From assembly GCA_964434605.1 (NCBI GenBank), contig CAYSVM010000002.1, positions 47-64,046 of the forward strand: DNA of 64,000 nt, in the 5' to 3' direction. Origin of the DNA: an uncultured Candidatus Saccharibacteria bacterium (GTDB lineage Bacteria > Patescibacteriota > Kazan-3B-28). Within the stretch, counting starts at the first letter, position 1; each line of letters begins with the position of its first letter. Below the pieces are notes generated by a model. It worked only from the letters and a program-made list of their open reading frames with translations, was not told the DNA's origin and searched no databases. The translations under genes and the position numbers were made by a program. Positions 9,983-19,397 of this stretch are shown here, in pieces.

Positions 9983-10228
9983 ATGGCAGGTAAAAAAATC
10001 GGTAAAGTCGTACATTACTACGACAAGATTGGCGTCGCTATTATCGACTTAGCAGGCGACTTAAAATTAGGGGATACCGTCACTTTCAAAAAAGGTGAGG
10101 AAGAAAAGACCGAAACCATCGAGTCGATCCAAATTGAGCGGTCTGCTGTAGATTCCGCCAAAAAGGGAGATGTCGTTGGAATCAGGGTCAACGAACCGCT
10201 TAAAGAAGGTACTGAAGTCTACGCATAG
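9983..10228 (+). CDS. hypothetical small protein (beta-barrel-like, ~81 aa)
   Basis: AAGGAGG RBS directly upstream of ATG at 9983 (the ORF-track start at 9950 is upstream of the RBS); no confident family. Confidence 0.4.
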   Translation: MAGKKIGKVVHYYDKIGVAIIDLAGDLKLGDTVTFKKGEEEKTETIESIQIERSAVDSAKKGDVVGIRVNEPLKEGTEVYA

Positions 10229-10237
10229 AAAATCGGA

Positions 10238-10744
10238 ATGAGACTGATCATCGGACTCGGTAATCCAGGAAAGAAATACGAATCAACTCGCCATAACGCG
10301 GGCAGAATGGCAGTAGATTTGCTTGCCAAGAAACTAAACCTAAAATTCAAGAAACACACTCGTACTGAAACAGAGATAGCTTCCGGAAAAGAAATTATTG
10401 TTGCCAAACCTCTGACTTTCATGAATAATTCAGGTAGAGCCGTGGCGAAGGTGGCCAGATATTTCGGTATTCCTACCGAAGCGATTATTGTGATTTACGA
10501 CGATATCGATCTACCATTTGGAACCATTCGTTCTCGTACTACTGGTAGTAGTGGGGGACACAACGGCATGCAATCTGTTCTTGATAACCTAAAAACCAAT
10601 TCCATTGCTCGTATTCGAATCGGGGTCGGAAGACCCCCTTCAGATGCAAGTAACTACGTCCTAGAACCATTGAATAAAAAACAACTGGCCGAAATATCCA
10701 AGGTAATAGAAGAAGTAGTTGATTTGTTCCTGAAAGCAATGTAG
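10238..10744 (+). CDS. pth: peptidyl-tRNA hydrolase
   Basis: 168 aa; N-terminal LIIGLGNPGKKYESTRHNAG signature. Confidence 0.9.
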   Translation: MRLIIGLGNPGKKYESTRHNAGRMAVDLLAKKLNLKFKKHTRTETEIASGKEIIVAKPLTFMNNSGRAVAKVARYFGIPTEAIIVIYDDIDLPFGTIRSRTTGSSGGHNGMQSVLDNLKTNSIARIRIGVGRPPSDASNYVLEPLNKKQLAEISKVIEEVVDLFLKAM

Positions 10745-10989
10745 CTTGAATGAGCAAAAAGAAGGAGTGACCCTTCCTTTTGCCGTAACTCCCCAGACCT
10801 TTTTCGGTATCAGCCGTGAGGCATTTTACCAAGACCCTTATGTGAAATTTAATTTCGAAGGGTGGGATACCGATTGGAATAAGCAGGGAGAGCCTTATCT
10901 GCAAGCATCAGATTACAGATAAAGCCCTACTGCCTATTTCTCAATTTTCATTTCATTATACCAGAATAATTCATTTTCGTCAATAGATA

Positions 10990-13900
10990 GTGGACGAAGC
11001 ATTTTACCGGCTGCTGCTAGATAAATTTGCTCACACAGAGCATTTTCAAGAATTTCTTGCTACCGCCGGCACAAAATCTATCACTCTCACCGGGCTCAAC
11101 CAGTTTGGGCGAGTTTTAATGTTATCCGCTCTCCAAAAAGAACAACCAAAACCAATTGTTTTCATCACCAAAAACGAGCAAGAAGAGTTCAAAACCCAAA
11201 AGCTCCTGCAAGACCTCTTTGGAATAAAAGCAGAGGTATATCCTCCTCTTCGTTCAGACTCACTCAATCGCCAGGAATTCATCGCCAACTTCCAACAAAG
11301 AATGAGAGTGGGAAAAACCATGACTCATTCCAAAGCAATTACTATCTTCTCTAGCCGAAACTTAATTGAGCCATTAAGCATGCCCGCGACCAGCCTAAAG
11401 ATCTCGGTTGGTGAAGAATTGTCCCCAAACCAGCTTATAACCAACATTGTGGGACTAGGATTTGAACGCCAAACAAAAGTTTTTCAAGCTGGAGAAACTG
11501 CGAATAGGGGAGAGGTAGTGGATGTTTTCGCTCTGGGACAAGAAAATCCTTGGAGGATTACTTTTAGTGGGAATAAAATCGAACAAATCTATTCATTCGA
11601 TTCCATTGACGGAAAAAAAATAAGACAAGAACAGGAGATTGAGATTGGTGCTTTGAAAATAAAGAACTTTGCACCTACTTTTGTTGAATTCCTAGATGAC
11701 CACAAGCAAGACTATATCGTCATCATGGATCACACCGAAGACATTCTCCAGTCCCTCTATGAGATCTTTATGGCTAGTGAAAACGTAGGACTTGTAAGTT
11801 TGAACCAATCGCTAGATCGTCTTCCTCTGGTAAAAATAGAGACGATTGCTTCTGATGAAATCAAACAACTGAACTTCGAATTCATGACCCCACCCATCTA
11901 CGCTTCTCAGATAGATCGACTCACTAGAGACATTACCAAATATCTAAAAGAAGGTTGGCAGATCGGTATATCTACCGACAAAACTAAGTCCATAGAACAA
12001 ATCCTGAAAGAAGCAGATACTACTCCAGACAGCAATCCGGCAATACTCTCGTCTTCTTGTGGAATCGGAACTGTAAGCCCGAGCCTCAAACTTTTCCTTC
12101 TAACCGATGAAGAGATATTCTCCATTGTTACCCAAGTAAATACCAAAACTACCCAGAAACAGCAAAGAATGTTCATGGCAGAAATTCAGCGCGGAGATTA
12201 CATCGTCCACAACGACCACGGCATTGGCCGTCTACTAGACATTCAACGCATCGAACTAAATGGCATCGAAAGAGAATACCTGATTCTCGAATATGCCAAA
12301 GGTGATAAGCTATACGTTCCTATCGACCAGATAGACAAAATTAGCAAATATGTCTCGGTAGATGGACACGAACCCCAACTTACCCGCTTATCTAGTCAAT
12401 CTTGGAAACGAGTAATTAGTAAGATCCGTAAAGAATCTCACAAGTTTGCCAAAGAACTACTCGATCTCTATGCAAAACGGCAACTAAATAGTGGTATTAG
12501 TTTCGACTCCGATGAAATGTGGGAAAAAGCACTTGCTGATTCATTCGGATACCAAGAAACTCCCGACCAAGAAACTGTTATCAACGAAATCTTGGCAGAC
12601 ATGGAACAAGACAGACCCATGGATCGTCTGTTAGTTGCAGATGTGGGTTTTGGCAAAACAGAAGTTGCTATCCGAGCTGCCTTTAAAGCCGTTACCTCGG
12701 GATACCAAGTGGCCGTTCTTGCTCCCACTACCATTCTAGTAGAACAGCACTACAAAACTTTTATCGAACGACTCCAATCTTTTGATGTAAAAATCGCTGC
12801 CTTAAGTCGCTTTAAATCCAAAGCTGAACAAGACAAAATAGTTGCTCAAGTACGGTTAGGTGAGATAAATATTGTTATTGGCACCCACCGCCTTCTCTCT
12901 AAAGATATTCGTTTCAAGAACCTTGGCCTTATTATCATCGACGAAGAACAGCGCTTTGGTGTAGCCCACAAAGAAAAGCTCAAAATGCTCCGTAGCGAAG
13001 TAGATGTACTTTCTCTTACTGCCACCCCCATCCCACGTACTCTCAACCTAGCCCTCTCGGGCATTAGAGACATTAGCGTAATCGAAACTCCACCCACCAA
13101 CCGTCTTCCCATTATTACCACCGTTGTTCCATATGGGAGTAACACAATAAAAGAAGTAATAGAAAGGGAAGTAAGACGCAGCGGACAAGTATATTTCGTC
13201 CATAATCGTGTCCAAACAATAGATACTGTTCAGCACCGTCTAGAACAACTCATGCCCGAAGTAAAATTTGTTCATGCTCACGGGCAAATGGGAGAAAGAA
13301 TGCTAGCAAAAATAATGCAGGACTTTGATGCACACAAGTACGATGTACTAATTGCTTCCACGATTATTGAAAATGGTATTGATAACCCAAACGTAAACAC
13401 TCTAATTGTAGACGATGCCGGCAGATTCGGCCTATCCCAGCTTCACCAGCTCAGAGGCCGTATTGGACGTGGAAAGATCCAAGCCTACTCTGTATTCATG
13501 TATAACAAAGGCAAGATGTCAGAACGCGCTCTAGAACGACTCAAAACTATCCAGGAAAACACCGAACTAGGAAGCGGGTACAACATTGCCATGCGAGATA
13601 TGCAAATTCGTGGTGCTGGTGGAGTTCTGTCCAAACAACAACACGGACACATTACCGCTATTGGCTTGAGTCTCTATACCAAACTCATCAACAAAGCCGT
13701 AGATGAGCTTAGAAGTGGTCGTAAAATAGATGTTTCAGATGTTACCATCGACCTTCCTGTCAGCGCCTTCCTTCCAGTAAAATATGTAGATGCAGAAAGC
13801 CAACGCCTGAAGATCTACCAAACCCTAGGCATCATTGAAAACGAATCTTCTCTTACCGAAGAATTCAAACGAATAGAAGAAAACTACGGCAAGATGCCAG

Positions 13901-14205
13901 TCGAAGTAACAAACCTAAGAAAACTGCTCGAACTGAAACTAACAGCACTTGCCACCCAACTAATTACATCTATTACTGCACGTAACCTCAACCCCAGCAA
14001 CCTACCACCACTCTACTCCATTACCATCCAATTTACCCAGCCACCTAAACCAAAAACACTAGAGCCTGTAATAAAGTTACTTCCTAGTTTGCAAGTGGGG
14101 GAGAAAGATATCAAATTCAACCACACCGACATCTCTGGCGATTGGCTCGAAGCTCTTACAAAAATGGTTTCTCTCATTCATCCCAACGACAACGGCTCTA
14201 GTTGA
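10990..14205 (+). CDS. mfd: transcription-repair coupling factor
   Basis: 1071 aa; UvrB-homology N-terminus, RNAP-interaction domain, superfamily-2 helicase motifs (DVGFGKTEVA, DEEQRFG), TRCF C-terminal domain. Confidence 0.9.
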   Translation: MDEAFYRLLLDKFAHTEHFQEFLATAGTKSITLTGLNQFGRVLMLSALQKEQPKPIVFITKNEQEEFKTQKLLQDLFGIKAEVYPPLRSDSLNRQEFIANFQQRMRVGKTMTHSKAITIFSSRNLIEPLSMPATSLKISVGEELSPNQLITNIVGLGFERQTKVFQAGETANRGEVVDVFALGQENPWRITFSGNKIEQIYSFDSIDGKKIRQEQEIEIGALKIKNFAPTFVEFLDDHKQDYIVIMDHTEDILQSLYEIFMASENVGLVSLNQSLDRLPLVKIETIASDEIKQLNFEFMTPPIYASQIDRLTRDITKYLKEGWQIGISTDKTKSIEQILKEADTTPDSNPAILSSSCGIGTVSPSLKLFLLTDEEIFSIVTQVNTKTTQKQQRMFMAEIQRGDYIVHNDHGIGRLLDIQRIELNGIEREYLILEYAKGDKLYVPIDQIDKISKYVSVDGHEPQLTRLSSQSWKRVISKIRKESHKFAKELLDLYAKRQLNSGISFDSDEMWEKALADSFGYQETPDQETVINEILADMEQDRPMDRLLVADVGFGKTEVAIRAAFKAVTSGYQVAVLAPTTILVEQHYKTFIERLQSFDVKIAALSRFKSKAEQDKIVAQVRLGEINIVIGTHRLLSKDIRFKNLGLIIIDEEQRFGVAHKEKLKMLRSEVDVLSLTATPIPRTLNLALSGIRDISVIETPPTNRLPIITTVVPYGSNTIKEVIEREVRRSGQVYFVHNRVQTIDTVQHRLEQLMPEVKFVHAHGQMGERMLAKIMQDFDAHKYDVLIASTIIENGIDNPNVNTLIVDDAGRFGLSQLHQLRGRIGRGKIQAYSVFMYNKGKMSERALERLKTIQENTELGSGYNIAMRDMQIRGAGGVLSKQQHGHITAIGLSLYTKLINKAVDELRSGRKIDVSDVTIDLPVSAFLPVKYVDAESQRLKIYQTLGIIENESSLTEEFKRIEENYGKMPVEVTNLRKLLELKLTALATQLITSITARNLNPSNLPPLYSITIQFTQPPKPKTLEPVIKLLPSLQVGEKDIKFNHTDISGDWLEALTKMVSLIHPNDNGSS

Positions 14206-14245
14206 CCCCCAAAACCCTGCATGCTATTCTCCAACCAGTACCTTA

Positions 14246-14638
14246 ATGTTGAGAGGTGGAACTATTTTGCGCGTTATTATTACGACAAACCAAGATACCC
14301 TTGGAATTATTTGTTTTTTCCTTGGGCATCATAAAGATCTCCTCAATGCAGAGGAAGTTGTAATCACCCTAACGGGAAACAGGGTGATTATGGGAAAAAT
14401 CACGAAAGAAGCTGCGCCAAGTCAGCTTATCGTGACAACTCCCATCAACGACATGTTAAACCAGGAGATATGGGTGAGGATCTCCGACATTGTTCGCATC
14501 CAAGCGAAAAATGTCGATATCAGCATCCAACCGGGAACAGTAAGTAGTATCAAGTTCCCAATTGGATCAGATATCCTACCTCCACCTCCTCCTGGGAGAA
14601 AACATTTGGAAACAGATGAGCTTCCGTTTCCAAGATAA
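14246..14638 (+). CDS. hypothetical protein (130 aa)
   Basis: ORF with poly-Pro C-terminus; followed by terminator hairpin at 14655-14698. Confidence 0.35.
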   Translation: MLRGGTILRVIITTNQDTLGIICFFLGHHKDLLNAEEVVITLTGNRVIMGKITKEAAPSQLIVTTPINDMLNQEIWVRISDIVRIQAKNVDISIQPGTVSSIKFPIGSDILPPPPPGRKHLETDELPFPR

Positions 14639-14654
14639 CCCCCACCAACCGAGC

Positions 14655-14698
14655 AAAGGGCGCTAGACAGCAATGTCGGCGCCCTTTCCATTTCTCTT
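14655..14698 (+). terminator. rho-independent terminator
   Basis: aaagggcgc-(15 nt loop)-gcgcccttt hairpin then ccatttctctt. Confidence 0.6.
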
Positions 14699-14725
14699 GA
14701 CTGGAAGCATAAAATCTAGTAGTAT
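14697..14725 (+). promoter_or_regulatory. near-consensus sigma70 promoter (TTGACT-17-TAGTAT)
   Basis: -35 TTGACT at 14697-14702, 17-nt spacer, -10 TAGTAT at 14720-14725; drives the 14730-15270 unit. Confidence 0.6.
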
Positions 14726-14799
14726 CTAACCTATCTAAAGGTGCTTTTGCCTGGAGTACCTTGTACCTATAACTAGGAAATCTGCCAAAGGGGGCACGA

Positions 14800-15132
14800 A
14801 TGGAATTGGATGCTCGACTGCTGGTAACGAGAGCGCAAGCGATCGTAACTGGCAAAGAAGAAAAGGTCAATGTCCCCCTTCCCAAGGGAGGGGAACTGCA
14901 AATGTTTGTACTGGATAGTATATTCCTGTGTATGACAACAGAAAAAACAGGAAGACAGGTGCATAAGTATTCTGTACCTGTAAGCAATTTTTTCATGGAG
15001 GGCGTAAAGGAAAGCTTTACAGCTTTCCTAACAGAGTCCCTGAAGCAAAGGAACCCCGATGCTACAGTTCCCATATTGGTCATACCGATATGGAGACAGC
15101 GAAGCGGTCGGGGAGCCGATCGGTTCGACTAG
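14800..15132 (+). CDS. hypothetical protein (110 aa) inside a GC-rich promoter-to-terminator unit, or part of a ncRNA
   Basis: AAAGGGGG SD-like sequence 5 nt before ATG; protein has no recognisable family; the locus is unusually rich in G/C runs and hairpins, so coding status is uncertain. Confidence 0.3.
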   Translation: MELDARLLVTRAQAIVTGKEEKVNVPLPKGGELQMFVLDSIFLCMTTEKTGRQVHKYSVPVSNFFMEGVKESFTAFLTESLKQRNPDATVPILVIPIWRQRSGRGADRFD

Positions 15133-15224
15133 CTCTTCACCTCAGCACCATCAGGCAAGGTGCTGAAAGCCCCGGCGGAGGATTGGGTAGAGCCCCCTTC
15201 AAGTAGGGAAAGAAGGGGACAATC

Positions 15225-15270
15225 GGGGCTGAACGTGGTAGTAATACCACATCCAGCCCCTTTTCTTTGT
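15225..15270 (+). terminator. strong rho-independent terminator
   Basis: ggggctgaacgtggtagtaataccacatccagcccc perfect hairpin followed by ttttctttg. Confidence 0.8.
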
Positions 15271-15516
15271 GCAAATTATTTCAAATAAAAATACTGTAAT
15301 TGTCAAACAGTCCTCTAAGACCCAAGTAGGGGAGTTGGAATAACTTGGTAACTCAACAATTTTTACAACAATTATTAGAAACAAATAACAAACATCTATA
15401 TACAAAACAAATAGAACAAATTCAAAACTACAAAAACACTACCACCTCATTAGAATAGGCAACGTCGCACAATGTATCTTGTGCGACATTATATAAGGAG
15501 TACAGGAAGAAGCCCT

Positions 15517-15903
15517 CTAAGCCGGATCTACAGGGATTCTAAAATAATTGAATAACTTTTGCTTATCTTCCCCCTGAATACGACTACGAATTTTCCAATT
15601 TATTTTAGTTGCACTACTCCACACCACCGCCCTAGGCTCTATCTCCAATCTTCCGACCTCAGATACCTTTATAGCCAAATACAGGTCTTCTGGGGCAAAT
15701 AAAAGGCCTAGTTTCTGACTTAGTTGTACAAACGGTTCTAATCCTCCAATACTTTCATAAACCTCTGTTCTAATTGCAAAGTTTGCTCCCCAAAAATATT
15801 TGAACCGTTTTGGCGCATAAATATTTTTTAACCAAAAGAAATCTAGACTCATCAAAAAGGGCCTTAGGCCTCCTCGGAGCCAGACTCCCCCACCAACAGC
15901 CAA
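15517..15903 (-). pseudogene. truncated family-2 glycosyltransferase (C-terminal fragment only)
   Basis: 128 aa ORF; GANFAIRTEVYESIGGLEP resembles the GT2 (GA/NMAFRREvfe.vGGFde) C-terminal region. The N-terminal DXD-containing half is absent because an unrelated gene abuts at 15960. Confidence 0.5.
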
Positions 15904-15959
15904 AATTCCCTCCTATGTAATCTGGAAATTAGCCTCCAAAGCCAGTTTTTAGCCATAAT

Positions 15960-16484
15960 TTACCCCTCCGCCTGAATTACCGCATTCTCAATTGCCGCCC
16001 AATGTGAATCATCTATACCTTCAGGTATCAGAATAGTCACCTGGTCACCCGGAGTAAGTTTGAAATAGGTTACAGAAGCTAATAACACAGCGTAGGATTT
16101 TCCACCCGCTACCACTTTGTATTCATCATTCTCGTAAACTAGAGTACCAAGAAGTTTCTTGCGATCAACCGGACCAATTTGCTTGAAAACAAATGAACCA
16201 TCTTCTTGGATAGTTAGTTTCAACACATCCCCTACTACCAGCTTAGATTTACTAGCATAGTTAGCAGGAACTGGATATTTCTTGCCATCCTTATCCAACA
16301 TATATTGGCCATCAAATACGCCTTCTACAACATTACCTTCAGATTTCAGGTGCACGGCCTTACCCGTTACATCATCAAATTGGACACCCAACAGATCTGT
16401 TAGTACCTGCTTAGCGGTCGCCAAATTAGCAGTTGCCGTCTCCAACAACTGTTTCACCATTTCGATTTTAGATTTGTCTGCCAT
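15960..16484 (-). CDS. hypothetical protein (174 aa), last gene of the T4CP-like operon 1
   Basis: 43 nt downstream of the 807-aa ATPase on the same strand; no recognisable domain. Confidence 0.5.
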   Translation of the reverse strand: MADKSKIEMVKQLLETATANLATAKQVLTDLLGVQFDDVTGKAVHLKSEGNVVEGVFDGQYMLDKDGKKYPVPANYASKSKLVVGDVLKLTIQEDGSFVFKQIGPVDRKKLLGTLVYENDEYKVVAGGKSYAVLLASVTYFKLTPGDQVTILIPEGIDDSHWAAIENAVIQAEG

Positions 16485-16526
16485 TTTTATTTCCTTTCTT
16501 TTTTACTTGTATTTTAGCTGACGGAA

Positions 16527-18950
16527 TTATATCTCATTATCTGGTTCCTGTAAACCCCGACCAGGTAAACCAGTATTTTTCGCATACTTAATTCGCTCAC
16601 CTACTTGCATCTCCACAATTCTCTTATCTTTTCCAAATTTTAGGCGTGATAACTGCTTAATTGCCTCTCCAATCTTTATATTCGACTGTCCCATGGGAGC
16701 AGGTGCTTGAAGTGTAAATGGACGACTAGCCATACCGTCGATCATAAGTTTTACGTATGCATTCCTATTCTCTATGTTTATCAGATCATTCTGGCTTACA
16801 TCTGGTTCAAATTGTTTCCCAATCGTCTCTGCATCTGGTGCACCAATTGTGAAAGCAATTAGCGAACCAACGTTGCCAAATACAGCATCGCGAATCTTTT
16901 CTTCCAGCTGTGCTACAAACTGATGAGCAATAATAAGATTCAATCTGTATTTACGAGCTTCGGAGAGAATCGTTGCAATAGATTCAGTTGTAACATTCTG
17001 GAACTCATCGATATATAAATAGAAATCATTACGAGAATTCTCTGCCATATCTGCCCTAGAAAGTGCTGCCATCTGCATTTTGGATACGAGAATAAAACCA
17101 AGCAAGTTGCTATTTATTTCTCCAGTCAAACCTTTAGCTAGATTTACCAACAGAATTTTTTTGTTGTCCATCACCTCACGGATGTCGAAAGAACTCTTTG
17201 CTTGTCCGACAATATTCCGCATCATTTCGTTGCTGATAAATCGCCCAATTTTACTAATAATGTATGAGAACAACTCCCCTACCTGATTACTTTTTTCCGC
17301 TTGGGCAAACTCTTCTTTCCAAAAACGCAAAACTGTTGGATCTGTAACATTCACCAACTTTGCTTCCCTAAATGCCTTATCTGTGAAAACTCTTGGAATA
17401 TCTATCAACGTAGCACCTGTTTCATCTGCCAAAAGCAGTAACATTGCGTTACGCATATAGTGTTCAAAAATTGGTCCCACAATCCCAGAACTATTCGGAT
17501 CGAACAACTTATAAAATATGGCTATCATTTCAGACACCACTATATCCTTTTCTGCAGGTGTAGTTGCTTCCAGCAGGTTCAATCCCAATGGCCTACTAAT
17601 ATCTGGCGGATAGAAATGAATTACATCATCCACTCGTTCTTTTGGAATCCTTTGCAAGAGCCACTCAATCATATCTCCATGAGGGTCAATCACACACACT
17701 CCTTGGCCATCGATAATATCCTGGAATGCCATGTTCTGCATCCAAGTAGTTTTACCTGTACCAGTTTTACCAATTACATAGATATGTCTACGCCGATCAT
17801 CTGTTTCCATCCGAACCAGTTTTTCCATACCCCGGTAAACATTCTTACCGAGTAAAATCCCCTGTTTTGGTAAATTCTCTGGTGCAGGAAGCCTCTTTGC
17901 TTTCAACCAACGAATATTTGGAGTCTCTGTCTTTACTCCAGGCAAATGAAAAACTGTAGCCAACTCTTCTGTATTAAAAATAAATGAATTTCTAGGATCA
18001 CCAAACTGACGCAAGATATAGTCTTTCAAGACTTCCATCTCTGGATATTTCGCTACTGTCAAACCATTTAATTCGGGCGCATTGAACTGTAAAAAGCTGT
18101 CTATCAATGTTTTCAGATGACCCTTTGCTTGATTTTCATCCGGTGCAGTTGCAACCAACCGGATAACTGTTTCAAAACCAGATTTTGTTGCTTTAGTTTC
18201 AATTGCCCGGACAACATCTTCCTGTCCTGCAGTAATTTGCTTCTGTTCTGGTTGTTTTCCATCTTTACTGGTAGGTGTCACCAGCTCACCTAGCCCTTTC
18301 AAAACGCCTTCGCTAATAGATGAATTGGATTTTCCTTGCTGCAGGGTTTTTGCGACTGCATGCGCTTGTTTCGTCCATTTCTTGCCATCAATCGGTCTAA
18401 ACATTATCTGAATCCCCGCTCCTGCCCCCTGATCCGCCAGTTTACTCATTGCATTAGTAAGTGCCGAAAGTCCATCTATTTGCAAATTCGCATAAGTACG
18501 AATTGGGAAATAGTTTGGCTTCTTCAGCGTCAACTGGACGCTGGCAATCTTTGCATCTGACGGGAAAAAGTTCGGATATGGTGCCCTCTCAACGACCGCA
18601 TCTGGGTATTGGGAAGTAATTTGTTTTTCCAAAAAGTCTATCAAACTTACAGGTACAGTAGCATAAAAAGTAATCAATTCCTGTTCGGTAGCAATTTCAA
18701 AAGTCAGATGCCGATTCCCCACCGCATCTGCAATACCCGCCAGATTACTGAAAATAGTTTCCATTGGCGCAATAATCGCCTTAATATCCGGTGTCTGTCC
18801 TTCCTCTTTTGGCCGTGGGACTGCAATCATCAAATTCACCCGACTCCGTACGTCATCAGGTCCCCTCTTAGACTTCCTTTGTGATAACCAAAACCAACCG
18901 ATACCGGCCAAAACAATAACCACCCCCAATCCTAAATAAAAACCTGCCAT
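16527..18950 (-). CDS. type IV coupling protein-like ATPase (TrwB/TraD/VirD4 family), paralog 1
   Basis: 807 aa; one N-terminal TM helix and a ~390-aa N-domain. Walker A VIGKTGTGKTT is followed by VIDPHGDM (compare TrwB GTGKS...IVDPNGDM). Walker B YLYIDEFQN and a post-Walker-B HQFVAQL...GNVGSLIAF..DAET block match the TraG-D_C/T4CP pattern. ATG overlaps the stop of the upstream 126-aa gene (ATGA). Confidence 0.7.
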   Translation of the reverse strand: MAGFYLGLGVVIVLAGIGWFWLSQRKSKRGPDDVRSRVNLMIAVPRPKEEGQTPDIKAIIAPMETIFSNLAGIADAVGNRHLTFEIATEQELITFYATVPVSLIDFLEKQITSQYPDAVVERAPYPNFFPSDAKIASVQLTLKKPNYFPIRTYANLQIDGLSALTNAMSKLADQGAGAGIQIMFRPIDGKKWTKQAHAVAKTLQQGKSNSSISEGVLKGLGELVTPTSKDGKQPEQKQITAGQEDVVRAIETKATKSGFETVIRLVATAPDENQAKGHLKTLIDSFLQFNAPELNGLTVAKYPEMEVLKDYILRQFGDPRNSFIFNTEELATVFHLPGVKTETPNIRWLKAKRLPAPENLPKQGILLGKNVYRGMEKLVRMETDDRRRHIYVIGKTGTGKTTWMQNMAFQDIIDGQGVCVIDPHGDMIEWLLQRIPKERVDDVIHFYPPDISRPLGLNLLEATTPAEKDIVVSEMIAIFYKLFDPNSSGIVGPIFEHYMRNAMLLLLADETGATLIDIPRVFTDKAFREAKLVNVTDPTVLRFWKEEFAQAEKSNQVGELFSYIISKIGRFISNEMMRNIVGQAKSSFDIREVMDNKKILLVNLAKGLTGEINSNLLGFILVSKMQMAALSRADMAENSRNDFYLYIDEFQNVTTESIATILSEARKYRLNLIIAHQFVAQLEEKIRDAVFGNVGSLIAFTIGAPDAETIGKQFEPDVSQNDLINIENRNAYVKLMIDGMASRPFTLQAPAPMGQSNIKIGEAIKQLSRLKFGKDKRIVEMQVGERIKYAKNTGLPGRGLQEPDNEI

Positions 18951-18953
18951 TTA

Positions 18954-19334
18954 TTAATTATTTTCAGCCCCGTTATCACCCATAAACCTAGTTAGTTTAC
19001 CAGCTACTTCAGCTACTATATTACCCTTTACTGCTATATCAATCGTCTTTCGTAAATCAGCAACGGTCAAAATAGTCTGAGATGATTTCGAGCCTGGAGA
19101 CTCATTACTAGATTGCTGCTTGAAATACATTTCCGCTTCAGCATCCAGACCAGCCGTCATCTCGTTGAAACTCTCCGGATCTTGAAACTCAGTTGTCCCA
19201 CCAGATTCGGCGACTCTATTAAGTTTCTCTACTACCCCCCTTTCTTCTGACTTTGTAAGTTCCACACCGAATACCCCACCCGCTTGGGATTCTCTTCGTC
19301 TAATCCATTCTGGTGAAGGTTTTCTTTTGTTCAT
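18954..19334 (-). CDS. hypothetical protein (126 aa), translationally coupled to T4CP-like ATPase 1
   Basis: Stop overlaps the start of the 807-aa gene; consensus promoter immediately upstream; no recognisable domain. Confidence 0.5.
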   Translation of the reverse strand: MNKRKPSPEWIRRRESQAGGVFGVELTKSEERGVVEKLNRVAESGGTTEFQDPESFNEMTAGLDAEAEMYFKQQSSNESPGSKSSQTILTVADLRKTIDIAVKGNIVAEVAGKLTRFMGDNGAENN

Positions 19335-19368
19335 AAAGAATAATTTTAGTTTCTAATCTTATTTTTGT

Positions 19369-19397
19369 ATTATACCATACTTTTATTACAGTGTCAA
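19369..19397 (-). promoter_or_regulatory. consensus sigma70 promoter (TTGACA-17-TATAAT) for the 126aa/T4CP-like/174aa operon
   Basis: Minus strand reads TTGACActgtaataaaagtatggTATAAT; the -35 overlaps the last codons of gatB. Confidence 0.65.

Noticed and set aside
14550-15083. 177-aa minus-strand ORF antisense to the GC-rich unit
   Set aside because: No RBS, overlaps the better-supported sense ORF and lies between a sense promoter and terminator; most likely a by-product of GC-rich structured sequence.
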